Shown here in pieces: positions 9,968-19,129 of a stretch of DNA of 19,770 bases. The stretch's first letter is position 1. The number at the start of each line of letters is the position of its first letter. Position numbers and translations under genes: made by a program. This stretch comes from Macrostomum lignano (Eukaryota): assembly GCA_002269645.1 (NCBI GenBank), contig NIVC01000233.1, positions 1-19,770 of the forward strand, in the 5' to 3' direction. The notes under the pieces are model-generated. The model had not been told where the DNA came from. It saw only the letters and a program-made list of their open reading frames with translations, and searched no databases.

Positions 9968-11900
9968 TTAGATTAGTGGGTGTGTCTTGAGATTAGTGGG
10001 TGTCTTGGTATTAGTGGGTGTGTCTTGGGATTAGTGGATGTGTCTTGGGATTATTGGGTGTGTCTTGGGATTAGTGGGTGTGTCTTAGGATTAGTGGGTG
10101 TGTCTTAGGATTAGGATCTTGGGATCTTATGATTAGTGGGTGTGTCTTGGGATTAGTGGGTGTGTCTTAGGATTAGTGGGTGTGTCTTGGGATTAGTGGG
10201 TGTGTCTTGGTATTAGTGGGCGTGTCTTGGGATTAGTGGGTGTGTCTTGGGATTAGTGGGTGTGTCTTAGGATTAGTGGATGTGTCTTGGGATTAGTGGG
10301 TGTGTCTTGAGATTAGTGGGTGTGTCTTGGTATTAGTGGGTGTGTCTTGGGTTTAGTGGGTGTGTCTTGGGATTAGTGGGTGTGTCTTAGGATTAGTGGA
10401 TGTGTCTTGGGATTCGTGGGTGTTTCTTGGGATTAGTGGGTGTCTCTTGGGATTAGTGGGTGTGTCTTGGGATTAGTGGGTGTGTCTTGGGATTAGTGGG
10501 TGTGTCTTGGGATTAGTGGGTGTGTCTTGGGATTAGTGGGTGTGTCTTGGGATTAGTGGGTGTGTTTTGGGATTAGTGGGTGTGTCTTGGGATTAGTGGG
10601 TGTGTCTTGAGATTAGTGGGTGTCTTGGTATTAGTGGGTGTGTCTTGGGATTAGTGGGTGTGTCTTGAGATTAGTGGGTGTGTCTTGAGATTAGTGGGTG
10701 TCTTGGTATTAGTGGGTGTGTCTTGGGATTAGTGGGTGTGTCTTGAGATTAGTGGGTGTGTCTTGAGATTAGTGGGTGTGTCTTGAGATTAGTGGGTGTG
10801 TCTTGAGATTAGTGGGTGTGTCTTGGTATTGGTGGGTGTGTCTTGGGATTAGTGGGTGTGTCTTGGTATTAGTGGGTGTGTCTTGAGATTAGTGGGTGTC
10901 TTGGTATTAGTGGGTGTGTCTTGGGATTAGTGGGTGTGTCTTGGGATTAGTGGGTGTGTCTTGAGATTAGTGGGTGTGTCTTGGGGGTTAGTGGGTGTGT
11001 CTTGAGATTAGTGGGTGTGTCTTGGGATTAGTGGGTGTGTCTTGGGGGTTAGTGGGTGTGTCTTGAGATTAGTGGGTGTGTCTTGGGATTAGTGGGTGTG
11101 TCTTGGGATTAGTGGGTGTGTCTTGGGATTAGTGGGTGTGTCTTGGGATTAGTGGGTGTGTCTTGGGATTAGTGGGTGTGTCTTGGATTTGTGGGTGTGT
11201 CTTGGATTAGTGGGTGTGTCTTGGGGGTTAGTGGGTGTGTCTTGGGATTAGTGGGTGTGTCATGGGGTTAGTGGGTGTGTCTTGGTATTAGTGGGTGTGT
11301 CTTGGGATTAGTGGGTGTGTCTTGGGATTAGTGGGTGTGCCTTGGGACTAGTGGGTGTGTTTTGGGATTAGCGGGTGTGTCTTGGGATTAGTGGGTGTGT
11401 CTTGGGATTAGTGGGTGTATCTTGAGATTAGTGGGTGTGTCTTGGGATTAGTGGGTGTGTCTTGGGATTAGTGGGTGTGTCTTGGGATTAGTGGGTGTAT
11501 CTTGGGATTAGTGGGTGCGTCTTGGGATTAGTGGGTGTGTCTTGGGGGTTAGTGGGTGTGTCTTGGTATTAGTGGGTGTGTCTTGGGATTAGTGGGTGTG
11601 TCTTGGGATTAGTGGTTGTGTCTTGGGATTAGTGGGTGTGTCTTGGGATTAGTGGGTGTGTCTTGGGATTAGTGGATGTGTCTTGGGACTAGTGGGTGTG
11701 CCTTGGGACTAGTGGATGTGTCTTGGGATTCGTGGGTGTTTCTTGGGATTAGTGGGTGTGTCTTGGTATTAGTGGATGTGTCTTGGTATTAGTGGGTGTG
11801 TCTTGAGATTAGTGGGTGTGTCTTGGTATTAGTGGGTGTGTCTTTGGGGGTTATTGGGTGTGTCTTGTCGATTACCGGGTGTGTCTGGGGGTTACCGGGT
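9968..11900. repeat. GT-rich minisatellite, 20-nt unit GATTAGTGGGTGTGTCTTGG, roughly 95 copies
   Basis: Directly visible array with variants GGA/GGT/GAG/AGG and some 18-nt units. It abuts the 5' LTR. Confidence 0.98.
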
Positions 11901-12060
11901 ATGTTTTATTTCTTGCCTTGTCGGCAGTTATTGAAGTATGACAAATATTTTGCTGAGTAATGGTATCGCTTTAATGTACGTTGGCTCTCTATGTACATCG
12001 CTGACTCCACTTGCATAAATATAGCGAGCACTGCCTCACGGGCCTTCGTTGATTTTTACA
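11898..12060 (+). repeat. 5' LTR (start eroded against the satellite, ends TTACA)
   Basis: Aligns with 13600-13747 (TTTTATT.CTTGCCTT..GGCAGTTATTGAA; GACAAATATTTTGCTGAGTAAT; CTCTCTATGTACATCG; GCCTTCGTTGAT). Confidence 0.85.
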
Positions 12061-12062
12061 AG

Positions 12063-12073
12063 TGGTAGCAGAG
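12063..12073 (+). promoter_or_regulatory. Primer-binding site complementary to the 3' end of initiator tRNA-Met
   Basis: TGGTAGCAGAG lies 2 nt after the LTR-terminal CA and matches the metazoan tRNA-iMet 3' end (...CTCTGCTACCA). Confidence 0.85.
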
Positions 12074-12079
12074 CTCAGA

Positions 12080-12816
12080 ATGGCAGGGGCAGCCACCGCG
12101 CAATTCCGAGAACTTTAAGCTCTGGCAACTTTAGTGAGTGGCTGCAGCGGTTTGAGCTGTGTGCGGCAGCCAACAAGTGGACAAACGAGAAGCACTTGCA
12201 GCTGCCAACGTTTCTGGATGGCGAAGCTCTGGCGGTCTTCCTTGAGCTCGACGACAAGGACAAGAGCGACTACAGTCAGGTGACCAAAGCATTAACCGAG
12301 GCTTTCCACCCAGACAGCCAGCACTTCTCAGCGCTGGAGGCATTCGAGAGCCGGAAGCTGCTGCCTGGTGAACCTCCTCAGCTGTTCCTCTACCACCTGA
12401 AGCAGCTGCTCAAGGACGCTGGCATCAGCAACAAGAACGCCGCGGACACCATGCTGACCCATCACTTCATCTGTGGACTGCCTGCGGATGTCAGCGGGCA
12501 GATCAGAGGCGACGCGACAGTCAAGACGGCGAGTGACGCTCTTGCGCGGCACAACTGCTGCTGGAGCTGCCTTCTGCTACCACGGATGGAAGCCGGCAGC
12601 CTCTCGCGGCGGCAGCGCCGAGACTGCAGAACTGAGGGCTGCGGTCAGCTCGCTGCAGGCGACGGTCCAAGACCTGGCGGCGAAGCTGGGCTCGGAGGCT
12701 TCGGACTCCTGCGCGGTTCGCAGTGCGAGGAGACCTGCTGGAACTGCAACCACCGCGGCCGCATCGCCAGGAACTGCAAGCAGCCGTCGGGAAACGACAC
12801 CCCTGGCCAGTTCTGA
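12080..12816 (+). pseudogene. Retrotransposon gag, frameshifted, with a mutated CCHC knuckle
   Basis: Contains SGNFSEWLQRFE...FLDGEA...HFICGLP, a coiled-coil AELRAAVSSLQATVQDL in another frame, and CWNCNHRGRIARNC (12736-12777, His replaced by Arg). Confidence 0.85.
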
Positions 12817-12924
12817 GCGCGGGCCCCAGCGTGAGCGGACTGTTCCGGGGCGCAGAGAGGGGCGGGGCAGGCGCATCCAGCAGCAGCGCAGCAGCTGTCG
12901 TCATCAAGCCGAACCCGTCAACAT

Positions 12925-13172
12925 CCAAGCTGCAGTGCAGGATCGGAGGTGCGGACGTCACGGCGCTGATCGACTCTGGCAGCCAGGTGTCAATCGGGGA
13001 CAAGCGGTTCCTGCAGAGCATGCAGTCAGTTCAGCTGGAGAGCGTGCACCTGGAGCTGCGGGCAGTCAATCAGCAGGCGGTGCCGGTGCAGCAGGTGGCC
13101 AGCCTGGCGGTAACGGCGGGCGGCAACGAGCGGCGGCATCCGTTCTACGTGTCGGAAGGCCTGGTAGCTGCC
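12925..13172 (+). pseudogene. Retroviral-type aspartic protease, truncated at its C-terminus
   Basis: CRIGGADVTALIDSGSQVS with the catalytic Asp codon at 12972-12974. The frame breaks before the expected ILG.DFL motif. Confidence 0.85.
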
Positions 13173-13174
13173 GT

Positions 13175-13515
13175 CAGCTGCCGCGGCTGTTCGCCGAGAC
13201 CGAGTCCAGCTGGGAGGAGCAGCTGCCGCTGGTGGTCCTGTCCTAAAACTCCAGGGTCCACAGCTCAACCAAAGTGGCGCCGCTGACGGTGATGACGGGC
13301 CGCGACCCGCAGCTCCCGCCGCAGTTCCAGAGCAACGAGCGGCAGTTCGACATCGGCACCTACTTAGCACTGCTGGAGCGGCGGCTGGCCCGGATCCGCG
13401 AATGTGGCGGACCTGCCGCAGTTCCTGCAAGGCGCCGAGGTGCTGCTCAGCATCGAGATGCGGCGCACGAAGCTGGCACCCTTACTGGGAGCCGGGCTGG
13501 ACTGTCAGAGAACGT
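13175..13515 (+). pseudogene. Integrase C-terminal remnant
   Basis: WEEQLPLVVLS*NSRVHSSTKVAPLTVMTGRDPQLP, with Tyr changed to TAA at 13244-13246. A frameshifted F..G.EVLL...RTKLAP/YWEPGWTV GPY/F-like module follows. Confidence 0.8.
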
Positions 13516-13588
13516 GAATGCATGCTTTTTAAAAGGTTCTGCGTTTCAATTTTTTAAAATCCTCTCCGGTTTTTTCTACTTGTTTTGC

Positions 13589-13599
13589 GGGGAGAGAAA
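13589..13599 (+). promoter_or_regulatory. Polypurine tract
   Basis: GGGGAGAGAAA lies immediately before the TGTAA start of the 3' LTR. Confidence 0.8.
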
Positions 13600-13747
13600 T
13601 GTAATGGTTTTATTCCTTGCCTTATTGGCAGTTATTGAACTGGTATCATCGAACTATAGGACAAATATTTTGCTGAGTAATTGTATCGCTTTTAATGTAC
13701 GTTTGCTCTCTCTATGTACATCGTTGACTTGCCTTCGTTGATGGACA
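13600..13747 (+). repeat. 3' LTR
   Basis: Begins TGTAA (the inverse of the 5' LTR end TTACA), is homologous to 11898-12060, and ends ...GATGGACA (end approximate). Confidence 0.85.
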
Positions 13748-13794
13748 CTGTAACCAGTCAAAAACCACGAAGAATTTATCAGCTAGGATCTTAC

Positions 13795-14121
13795 CTTCGT
13801 CGAGGGCTCCCTAAGCAGGATAATGCCAGGCATTTTCGAAGTCCGCCACCTGCACCAGGTTGGTCGAGGTCGCGGTGCAGTGAGTAGTGCAGGTTTAACT
13901 GCAGGATGTCCAACAACACACACTTAATCTATGTTTACCTCCCAGCAACAACTGAACAAGCGCTGCATGGTTGGTGTTGCGATGTTACAGGCTGACAGGT
14001 CACATCATCCGCGCCGAGTCGCCATGCTGCCCACAGCTGTTGCAGGAGCCGCTGTTCTACGACTTTTTTGTCCTCAATGCAGATTCTAACTTCAATAACA
14101 AGCATGCGAAATGCGAATAGG
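13795..14121 (-). pseudogene. Probable decayed protein-kinase fragment (TESK/LIMK-like), two exon remnants with a 40-nt intron (13899-13938)
   Basis: Motifs appear in kinase order across frames: ICIEDKK, NSGS/LQQL, LNLH..LHRDL (HRDL at 13877-13866), STN.LV, VADF, KMP. GT/AG sites are at 13938/13899 and a GTAAGA donor at 13794. Several postulated indels are needed. Confidence 0.45.
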
Positions 14122-14156
14122 CTAACAGAATGAGGAGAGCAATTGCAAGTAAAGAC

Positions 14157-14613
14157 CACAGATACTAGAATAACCAGATGGGCCACTCAGCACATTTGCG
14201 TGTAAGCTACTTTCAGTTCAGTAGCAAGTTAAACAGAAGCATTTTAATGTATTTTTAAAGCCGAGGCTCATTTATTGCTCTTACCCCCCTCCCCCACTTA
14301 AACCTCCAATCGCGCCTTTCCACACTACCCCCTCGCCCCGCCCCACCCTAATTTTTATTGCCTTTCTTGGGATTCCAGCCTAAAGCGGCCATGTACATTT
14401 CAGTGGACTGGCTAATGTACATTACTTCCGAACCAATTAGCAAGCTGTTTACGCCTGCAAGCTTGGGCTTCTAAACTTATCAAAGTCATTTCAGCTGCCT
14501 TTATTTTTATAAAATAACTTATGTATACTTCCTTGCTACTGAACTGAAAGTAGAAAGCTGTTTTACTAAGTATATATGCCTGAGTGGCCCATCTAGTTAT
14601 TTTAGTATCTGTG
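14157..14613. mobile_element. Non-autonomous DNA transposon (MITE, 457 bp), P-superfamily-like termini
   Basis: 34-nt TIRs (32/34 identical) begin CACAGATACT. A second inverted block lies at 14207-14228/14532-14553. The 8-bp TSD GTAAAGAC is perfect at 14149-14156 and 14614-14621. Confidence 0.88.
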
Positions 14614-14716
14614 GTAAAGACCATCTGGCAGATTGGGAGGCCGTCTCAAGAGGTCGCTCGAGGAGAACCCAAAAGGTTGACAAGAAAAAGCCCGAAGCAC
14701 CATGGCAATTTGTTAC

Positions 14717-14789
14717 AAGTGGGATCCGGAATCGAACCCCCGACTTTCAAGTCGTGAGTCTGACGCTCTAACCCTTTGGCTACAACCCC
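14717..14789 (-). pseudogene. tRNA-like sequence (CAC anticodon, Val-like): tRNA pseudogene or SINE head
   Basis: Has A-box-like TAGCCAAAGGG, loop CT-CAC-GA and B box GGTTCGATTCC (14738-14728). Acceptor and T stems pair poorly. A T5 run follows about 30 nt downstream (14688-14684). Confidence 0.7.
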
Positions 14790-15223
14790 CACTAGCCTAC
14801 AACCCTCTACCAGGCTACAACCCCCAACCAGGCTACAACCCCCAGGCTACAACCCCACTAGCCTACAACCCCCAACCAGGCTACAACCCCAGGCTACAAC
14901 CCCCAATAGCCTACAATCCCCTACCAGGCTACAACCCCCAACACTAGGCTACAACCCCAACACTAGGCTACAACCCCCAACACTAGGCTACAACCCCAAC
15001 ACTAGGCTACAACCCCAACACTAGGCTACAACCCCCAACACTAGCCTACAACCCCCAACCAGGCTACAACCCCAGGCTACAACCCCCAGGCTACAACCCC
15101 CAGGCTACAACCCCCCAATAGCCTACAATCCCCTACCAGGCTACAACCCCCAACACTAGGCTACAACCCCCTACCAGGCGACAACCCCCCACTAGCCGAC
15201 AACCCCCTACAAGGCTAGGGGGT
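14778..15223. repeat. C-rich minisatellite with variable 14-21-nt units containing G(G/C)CTACAACCCC
   Basis: Directly visible array that overlaps the 5' end of the tRNA-like sequence and ends in an 8-bp hairpin (15202-15223). Confidence 0.95.
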
Positions 15224-15900
15224 CTTTTAAAACAATCACAAAATCCACTTAGCTGATATTTATAATTAGTAAATGAAATACATTTAATATTTTAGTATAA
15301 TTAATTTTCATGCTTTGTATAGATTTATTATTTTTGCTATAGTATACATCGCTTTAACAAAAGAAGCATTAAAACGTGTTTCTTCTGAACAATAAAGAAA
15401 ATGGAAAATAATAATCAAAATGGCAATCACACTGTTAAATTTATAGTCAGACAATTAAAACGTTACAGCAATTTCGAGTAAATGTTAATATAGACTTTGT
15501 ATATAACTAGAAGTATAGTTAGAGCAAACCACTGCAAGCTTATTGGTTATGTGATAAACAGACAGAATAAACATATTTAATAAATCATAGTAAATATCAA
15601 CATTCTAAATATATCAATAAAGTTATTTACAGGTTTAAAATGTTAAAACATCGAGACAAATAATAAACCATGACTAGGCGAGTGAAAAAAAAAGATTAAA
15701 AAGCTACAAAATGTATAAATAATGTCACACTGCTGCAGAATGGGCACGAGAATTCATTGCTCTTAAAGACCAGATAAAAGGCTAGACATAAAATAAAGGA
15801 AATTTATAAATAAACAAAATTGCTTTTTTCTTAAAATTCTCAAAAACGCATTTTTTCTAGTAAATTGTTATTCAACAAAAAAGCGACAAAGGAAAATGTT

Positions 15901-16218
15901 TTACACTACTAATAGGTCAATTATCAGTAGCAATATATGATGAATTTGTATTTTTTGTTTTAAATGATGCCACGCTGACCAAAATTCGGTGCGGGCGGGC
16001 GGCGGCGGCGGCGGTTGGGGCAGCTGGCGCCTCCGCTGCTGCCCCTGACCCTGACTGGCGGAGGCGCCGGCGCCGGCGCCAACTCGAAGCTGGCGATCGC
16101 TTCGGAAATCTTCCGGATCGCCGCACCACAGGCCGCCGCCGCTGCCGCCTGAGCCGCTGTGCTGGTGCTGCGGTTGAGGCAGCGGCTGCTGCTGCTGCTG
16201 CTGGTGATTGCGCATCGG
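15901..16218 (-). CDS. CACNB: CACNB probable terminal exon (low-complexity Gln/Gly/Pro-rich tail)
   Basis: Phase-0 acceptor TTTAAACAG|CCG at 16219 is compatible with the 17284 donor, and the sequence is GC-rich. The stop is uncertain: in-frame TAA at 15901, or TAA at 15960-15962 if one extra C in the CCG run is an error. Confidence 0.55.
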   Translation of the reverse strand, partial: PMRNHQQQQQQPLPQPQHQHSGSGGSGGGLWCGDPEDFRSDRQLRVGAGAGASASQGQGQQRRRQLPQPPPPPPARTEFWSAWHHLKQKIQIHHILLLIIDLLVV

Positions 16219-16309
16219 CTGTTTAAATATGACAGGTAAAAGCAGTGACAATTTAGTGCGAGTGTGTTTAGAATGAGGGGAAGATTGTGACAGGGTGTAG
16301 GCGGCGGGG

Positions 16310-17150
16310 AAGGGGTATAGACAGATTGGAGAGGGTAGAGGGTAGAGACAGAGGGAAGAGGATATACACAGAGGAGGGAGGGTACAGACAGAGGGGAGAG
16401 GGTATAGTTAGAGGGGGGAGGGTATAGTCAGAGGGAAGAGGGTACAGACGGTGGGGAGAGGTTAGAGACGGTGGGAGAGGGTAGAGACAGAGGGAGAGGG
16501 TAGAGACAGAGGGGAGAGGGTAGAGACAGAGGGGAGAGGGTAGAGACGGCGGGGAGAGGGTAGAGACAGAGGGAAGAGGGTACAGACGGCGGGGAGAGGG
16601 TAGAGACAGAGGGAAGAGGGTACAGACGGCGGGGAGAGGTTAGAGACAGAGGGAAGAGGTACAGACGGCGGGGAGAGGGTAGAGACAGAGGGAAGAGGGT
16701 ACAGACGGCGGGAGAGGGTAGAGACAGAGGGAAGAGGGTACAGACGGCGGGGAGAGGGTAGAGACAGAGGGAAGAGGGTACAGACGGCGGGGAGAGGGTA
16801 GAGACAGAGGGAAGAGGGTACAGACGGCGGGAGAGGTTAGAGACAGAGGGAAGAGGGTACAGACGGCGGGAGAGGGTAGAGACAGAGGGAAGAGGGTACA
16901 GACGGCGGGGAGAGGTTAGAGATGGTGGGGAGAGGGTAGAGACAGAGGGAAGAGGGTACAGACGGCGGGGAGAGGGTAGAGATGATGGGAGAGGGTAGAG
17001 ACAGAGGGAAGAGGGTACAGACGGCGGGGAGAGGTTAGAGATGGTGGGGAGAGGGTGAGACAGAGGGAAGAGGGTACAGACGGCGGGAGAGGGTAGAGAC
17101 AGAGGGAAGAGGGTAGAGACAGAGGGGAGAGGGCTTAGACGGAGGGAGAT
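16310..17150. repeat. Purine-rich intronic minisatellite, 20-nt monomer TAGAGACAGAGGGGAGAGGG forming a 40-nt dimer
   Basis: Monomers at 16501-16560, then alternating TAGAGACAGAGGGAAGAGGG / TACAGACGGCGGGGAGAGGG. Confidence 0.95.
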
Positions 17151-17284
17151 GGCAGCGACGGTTCGGAGAGGGTATACGGATGGGGGAAGGGAATAAACAT
17201 AGGGGAGGTGACATGACCAATGGCAAATGAGGACACCAATTAACAGTCAACACAATCCAAATCAACATTTTCAAATTCATTCAC

Positions 17285-17467
17285 CTGCGGCGGCAGCGGC
17301 TGTGAGGCGGGATGCGGCGGGACGGCGCCGCCCAGTCCCAGCAACCGTTCGGCTTTGCTCAGCATTGAAGGCGGATGAGTGGCCCGCCAGTAGGCCTCCA
17401 GGTACTCGGACAGGTGCTCGCAAGCGTCCTCCAGCTGGTTCTCGTCCAGGGCGACATCGAATGAGTC
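17285..17467 (-). CDS. CACNB: Voltage-gated Ca2+ channel beta subunit, end of the guanylate-kinase-like domain
   Basis: [33 protein letters not shown] matches the CACNB signature [30 protein letters not shown]. Acceptor CCAG| and donor CAG|GTGAAT are both phase 0 (183 nt). Confidence 0.95.
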
Positions 17468-17689
17468 CTGGATAGCGCATGGATTTTGGTTTCTTATTGC
17501 TCTAAACAGTTTACAGGCCGCGGTTTTTTCATATTCAATCTTTGAAAGCACTTTAATTTTTTGTTTTTTTTCACTACTGAAAGCAGTATACTATAAGTGT
17601 TTCCAGAAAGAAATCAATTCCGTCACTTTTAAAGGCACTCCCAATATTTCACTCCTGAAGGCACTCTTGGCAGCACTCCCCGATCCATG

Positions 17690-18685
17690 TCACTTTTGAA
17701 AACACTCCAATCCATGCATGTCACGCTTGATAGCACTCCGATTCATGTCACTCTTAAAAAGCACTCTGATCAATGTCACTCTTGATAGCACTCCGGTCCA
17801 TGTCACTTTGGAAAGCACTCCGATCCATGTATGTCACTCTTACAAGCACTCCGATCAATGTATGTCACTCTTACAATTTACAAGCACTCGATCAATGTAT
17901 GTCACTCTTACAATTTACAAGCACTCCGATCAATGTATGTCACTCTTACAATTTACAAGCACTCCGATCAATGTATGTCACTCTTACAATTTACAAGCAC
18001 TCCGATCAATGTATGTCACTCTTACAAGCACTCCGATCAATGTATGTCACTCTTACAAGCACTCCGATCCATGTCACTCTTGAAAGCACTCCGATCCATG
18101 TCACTCTGGAAAGCACTCCGATCAATGTATGTCACTCTTACAAGCACTACGATCAATGTATATCACTCTTACAAGCACTCCGATCAATGTATCTCACTCT
18201 TACAAGCACTCCGATCCATGTCACTCTTGAAAGCACTCCGATCCATTTCACTCTTGATAGCACTCCGATCCATGTCACTCTTACAAGCGCTCCGATCCAT
18301 GTCACTCTTACAAGCACTCCGAGCCATGTCATTCTTACAAGCACTCCAAGCCATGTCATTCTTACAAGCACTCCAAGCCATGTCATTCTTACAAGCACTC
18401 CAAGCCATGTCATTCTTACAAGCGCTCCGATCCATGTCACTCTTGAAAGCACTCCGAGCCATGTCATTCTTACAAGCACTCCAAGTCATGTCATTCTTAC
18501 AAGCACTCCAAGCCATGTCATTCTTACAAGCGCTCCGATCCATGTCACTCTTGAAAGCACTCCGAGCCAAGTCATTCTTACAAGCGCTCCGATCCATGTC
18601 ACCCTTGAAAGCACTCCGAGCCATGTCATTCTTACAAGCACTCCGATCTATGTCACTTTGGAAAGTACTCTTCGATATATGTCAC
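17690..18685. repeat. Intronic minisatellite with blocks of 27-nt, 31-nt and 38-39-nt related units (CACTCCGATCCATGTCACTCTT core)
   Basis: Directly visible array. The 27-nt periodicity explains the long repetitive ORFs. Confidence 0.96.
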
Positions 18686-18731
18686 CCTTAAAAGAAGTAT
18701 ATGAGTAATAGAAATATGAGAACTGACTCAC

Positions 18732-18977
18732 CGGGCTGCATTGCAGCAGTTTCTCAGCCAAGCTAAGTTGCTGAGTCATGTTTCTAGTCTGCGATTTGCC
18801 CCGACTTTTAATTAGCCGCTGTAATACCTTGACAGAGTTGATCTTCAGGTAGACTATGATGGGAGCTAGAGAGGTCTTGGCCAGCTGGCCCGGGTGGTTG
18901 ATGGTGTCGCAGTCCAGCCACGAGCTGCAGGGTTCTGGCTAGTTCGAATATTCGCTCGATCTCTTGCTGAACTTCGG
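18732..18977 (-). CDS. CACNB: CACNB GK-domain exon with a 2-nt deletion at about 18918
   Basis: [81 protein letters not shown]. Acceptor TTTCAG| and donor CCG|GTGAGT are present. Confidence 0.95.
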
Positions 18978-19129
18978 CTGAAATTTTATTACAGGGGGAA
19001 GGGGTCACTTTGGGTCAGTTAGGGTTCAGTGGGAGTCATTGGGTGTCGATATGGGGTACATACTGTAGAGATCCATTTAGTGGAGGTCAAAGGGAGTCAA
19101 AGAAGTCAACTGGGTCAGACAAAATCAGT

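Larger units (their letters stand above)
11898..13747 (+). mobile_element. Internally deleted, degenerate Ty3/Gypsy LTR retrotransposon (LTR-PBS-gag-protease-[RT, RNase H and most of IN deleted]-IN C-terminus-PPT-LTR)
   Basis: Paired LTR homology at both ends, PBS, PPT, gag with zinc knuckle, DSG protease and integrase C-terminal motifs in Gypsy order. No TSD was recognised. Confidence 0.9.

Noticed and set aside
12075-13430. Multiple overlapping ORFs on both strands within the LTR element
   Set aside because: They are explained by frameshifted gag/pol fragments and their antisense shadows.
14717-14789. Functional tRNA-Val(CAC) gene
   Set aside because: The acceptor, T and anticodon stems contain several mismatches, so it is reported as a pseudogene or SINE head instead.
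17718-18708. Long mucin-like Thr/Ser/Pro/His ORFs
   Set aside because: They are products of a 27-nt in-frame satellite inside a CACNB intron.
5658-18977. Functional cluster of two ion-channel genes as a novel system
   Set aside because: The genes are convergent, about 7 kb apart and separated by repeats, with no shared regulatory evidence. Adjacency alone supports nothing.
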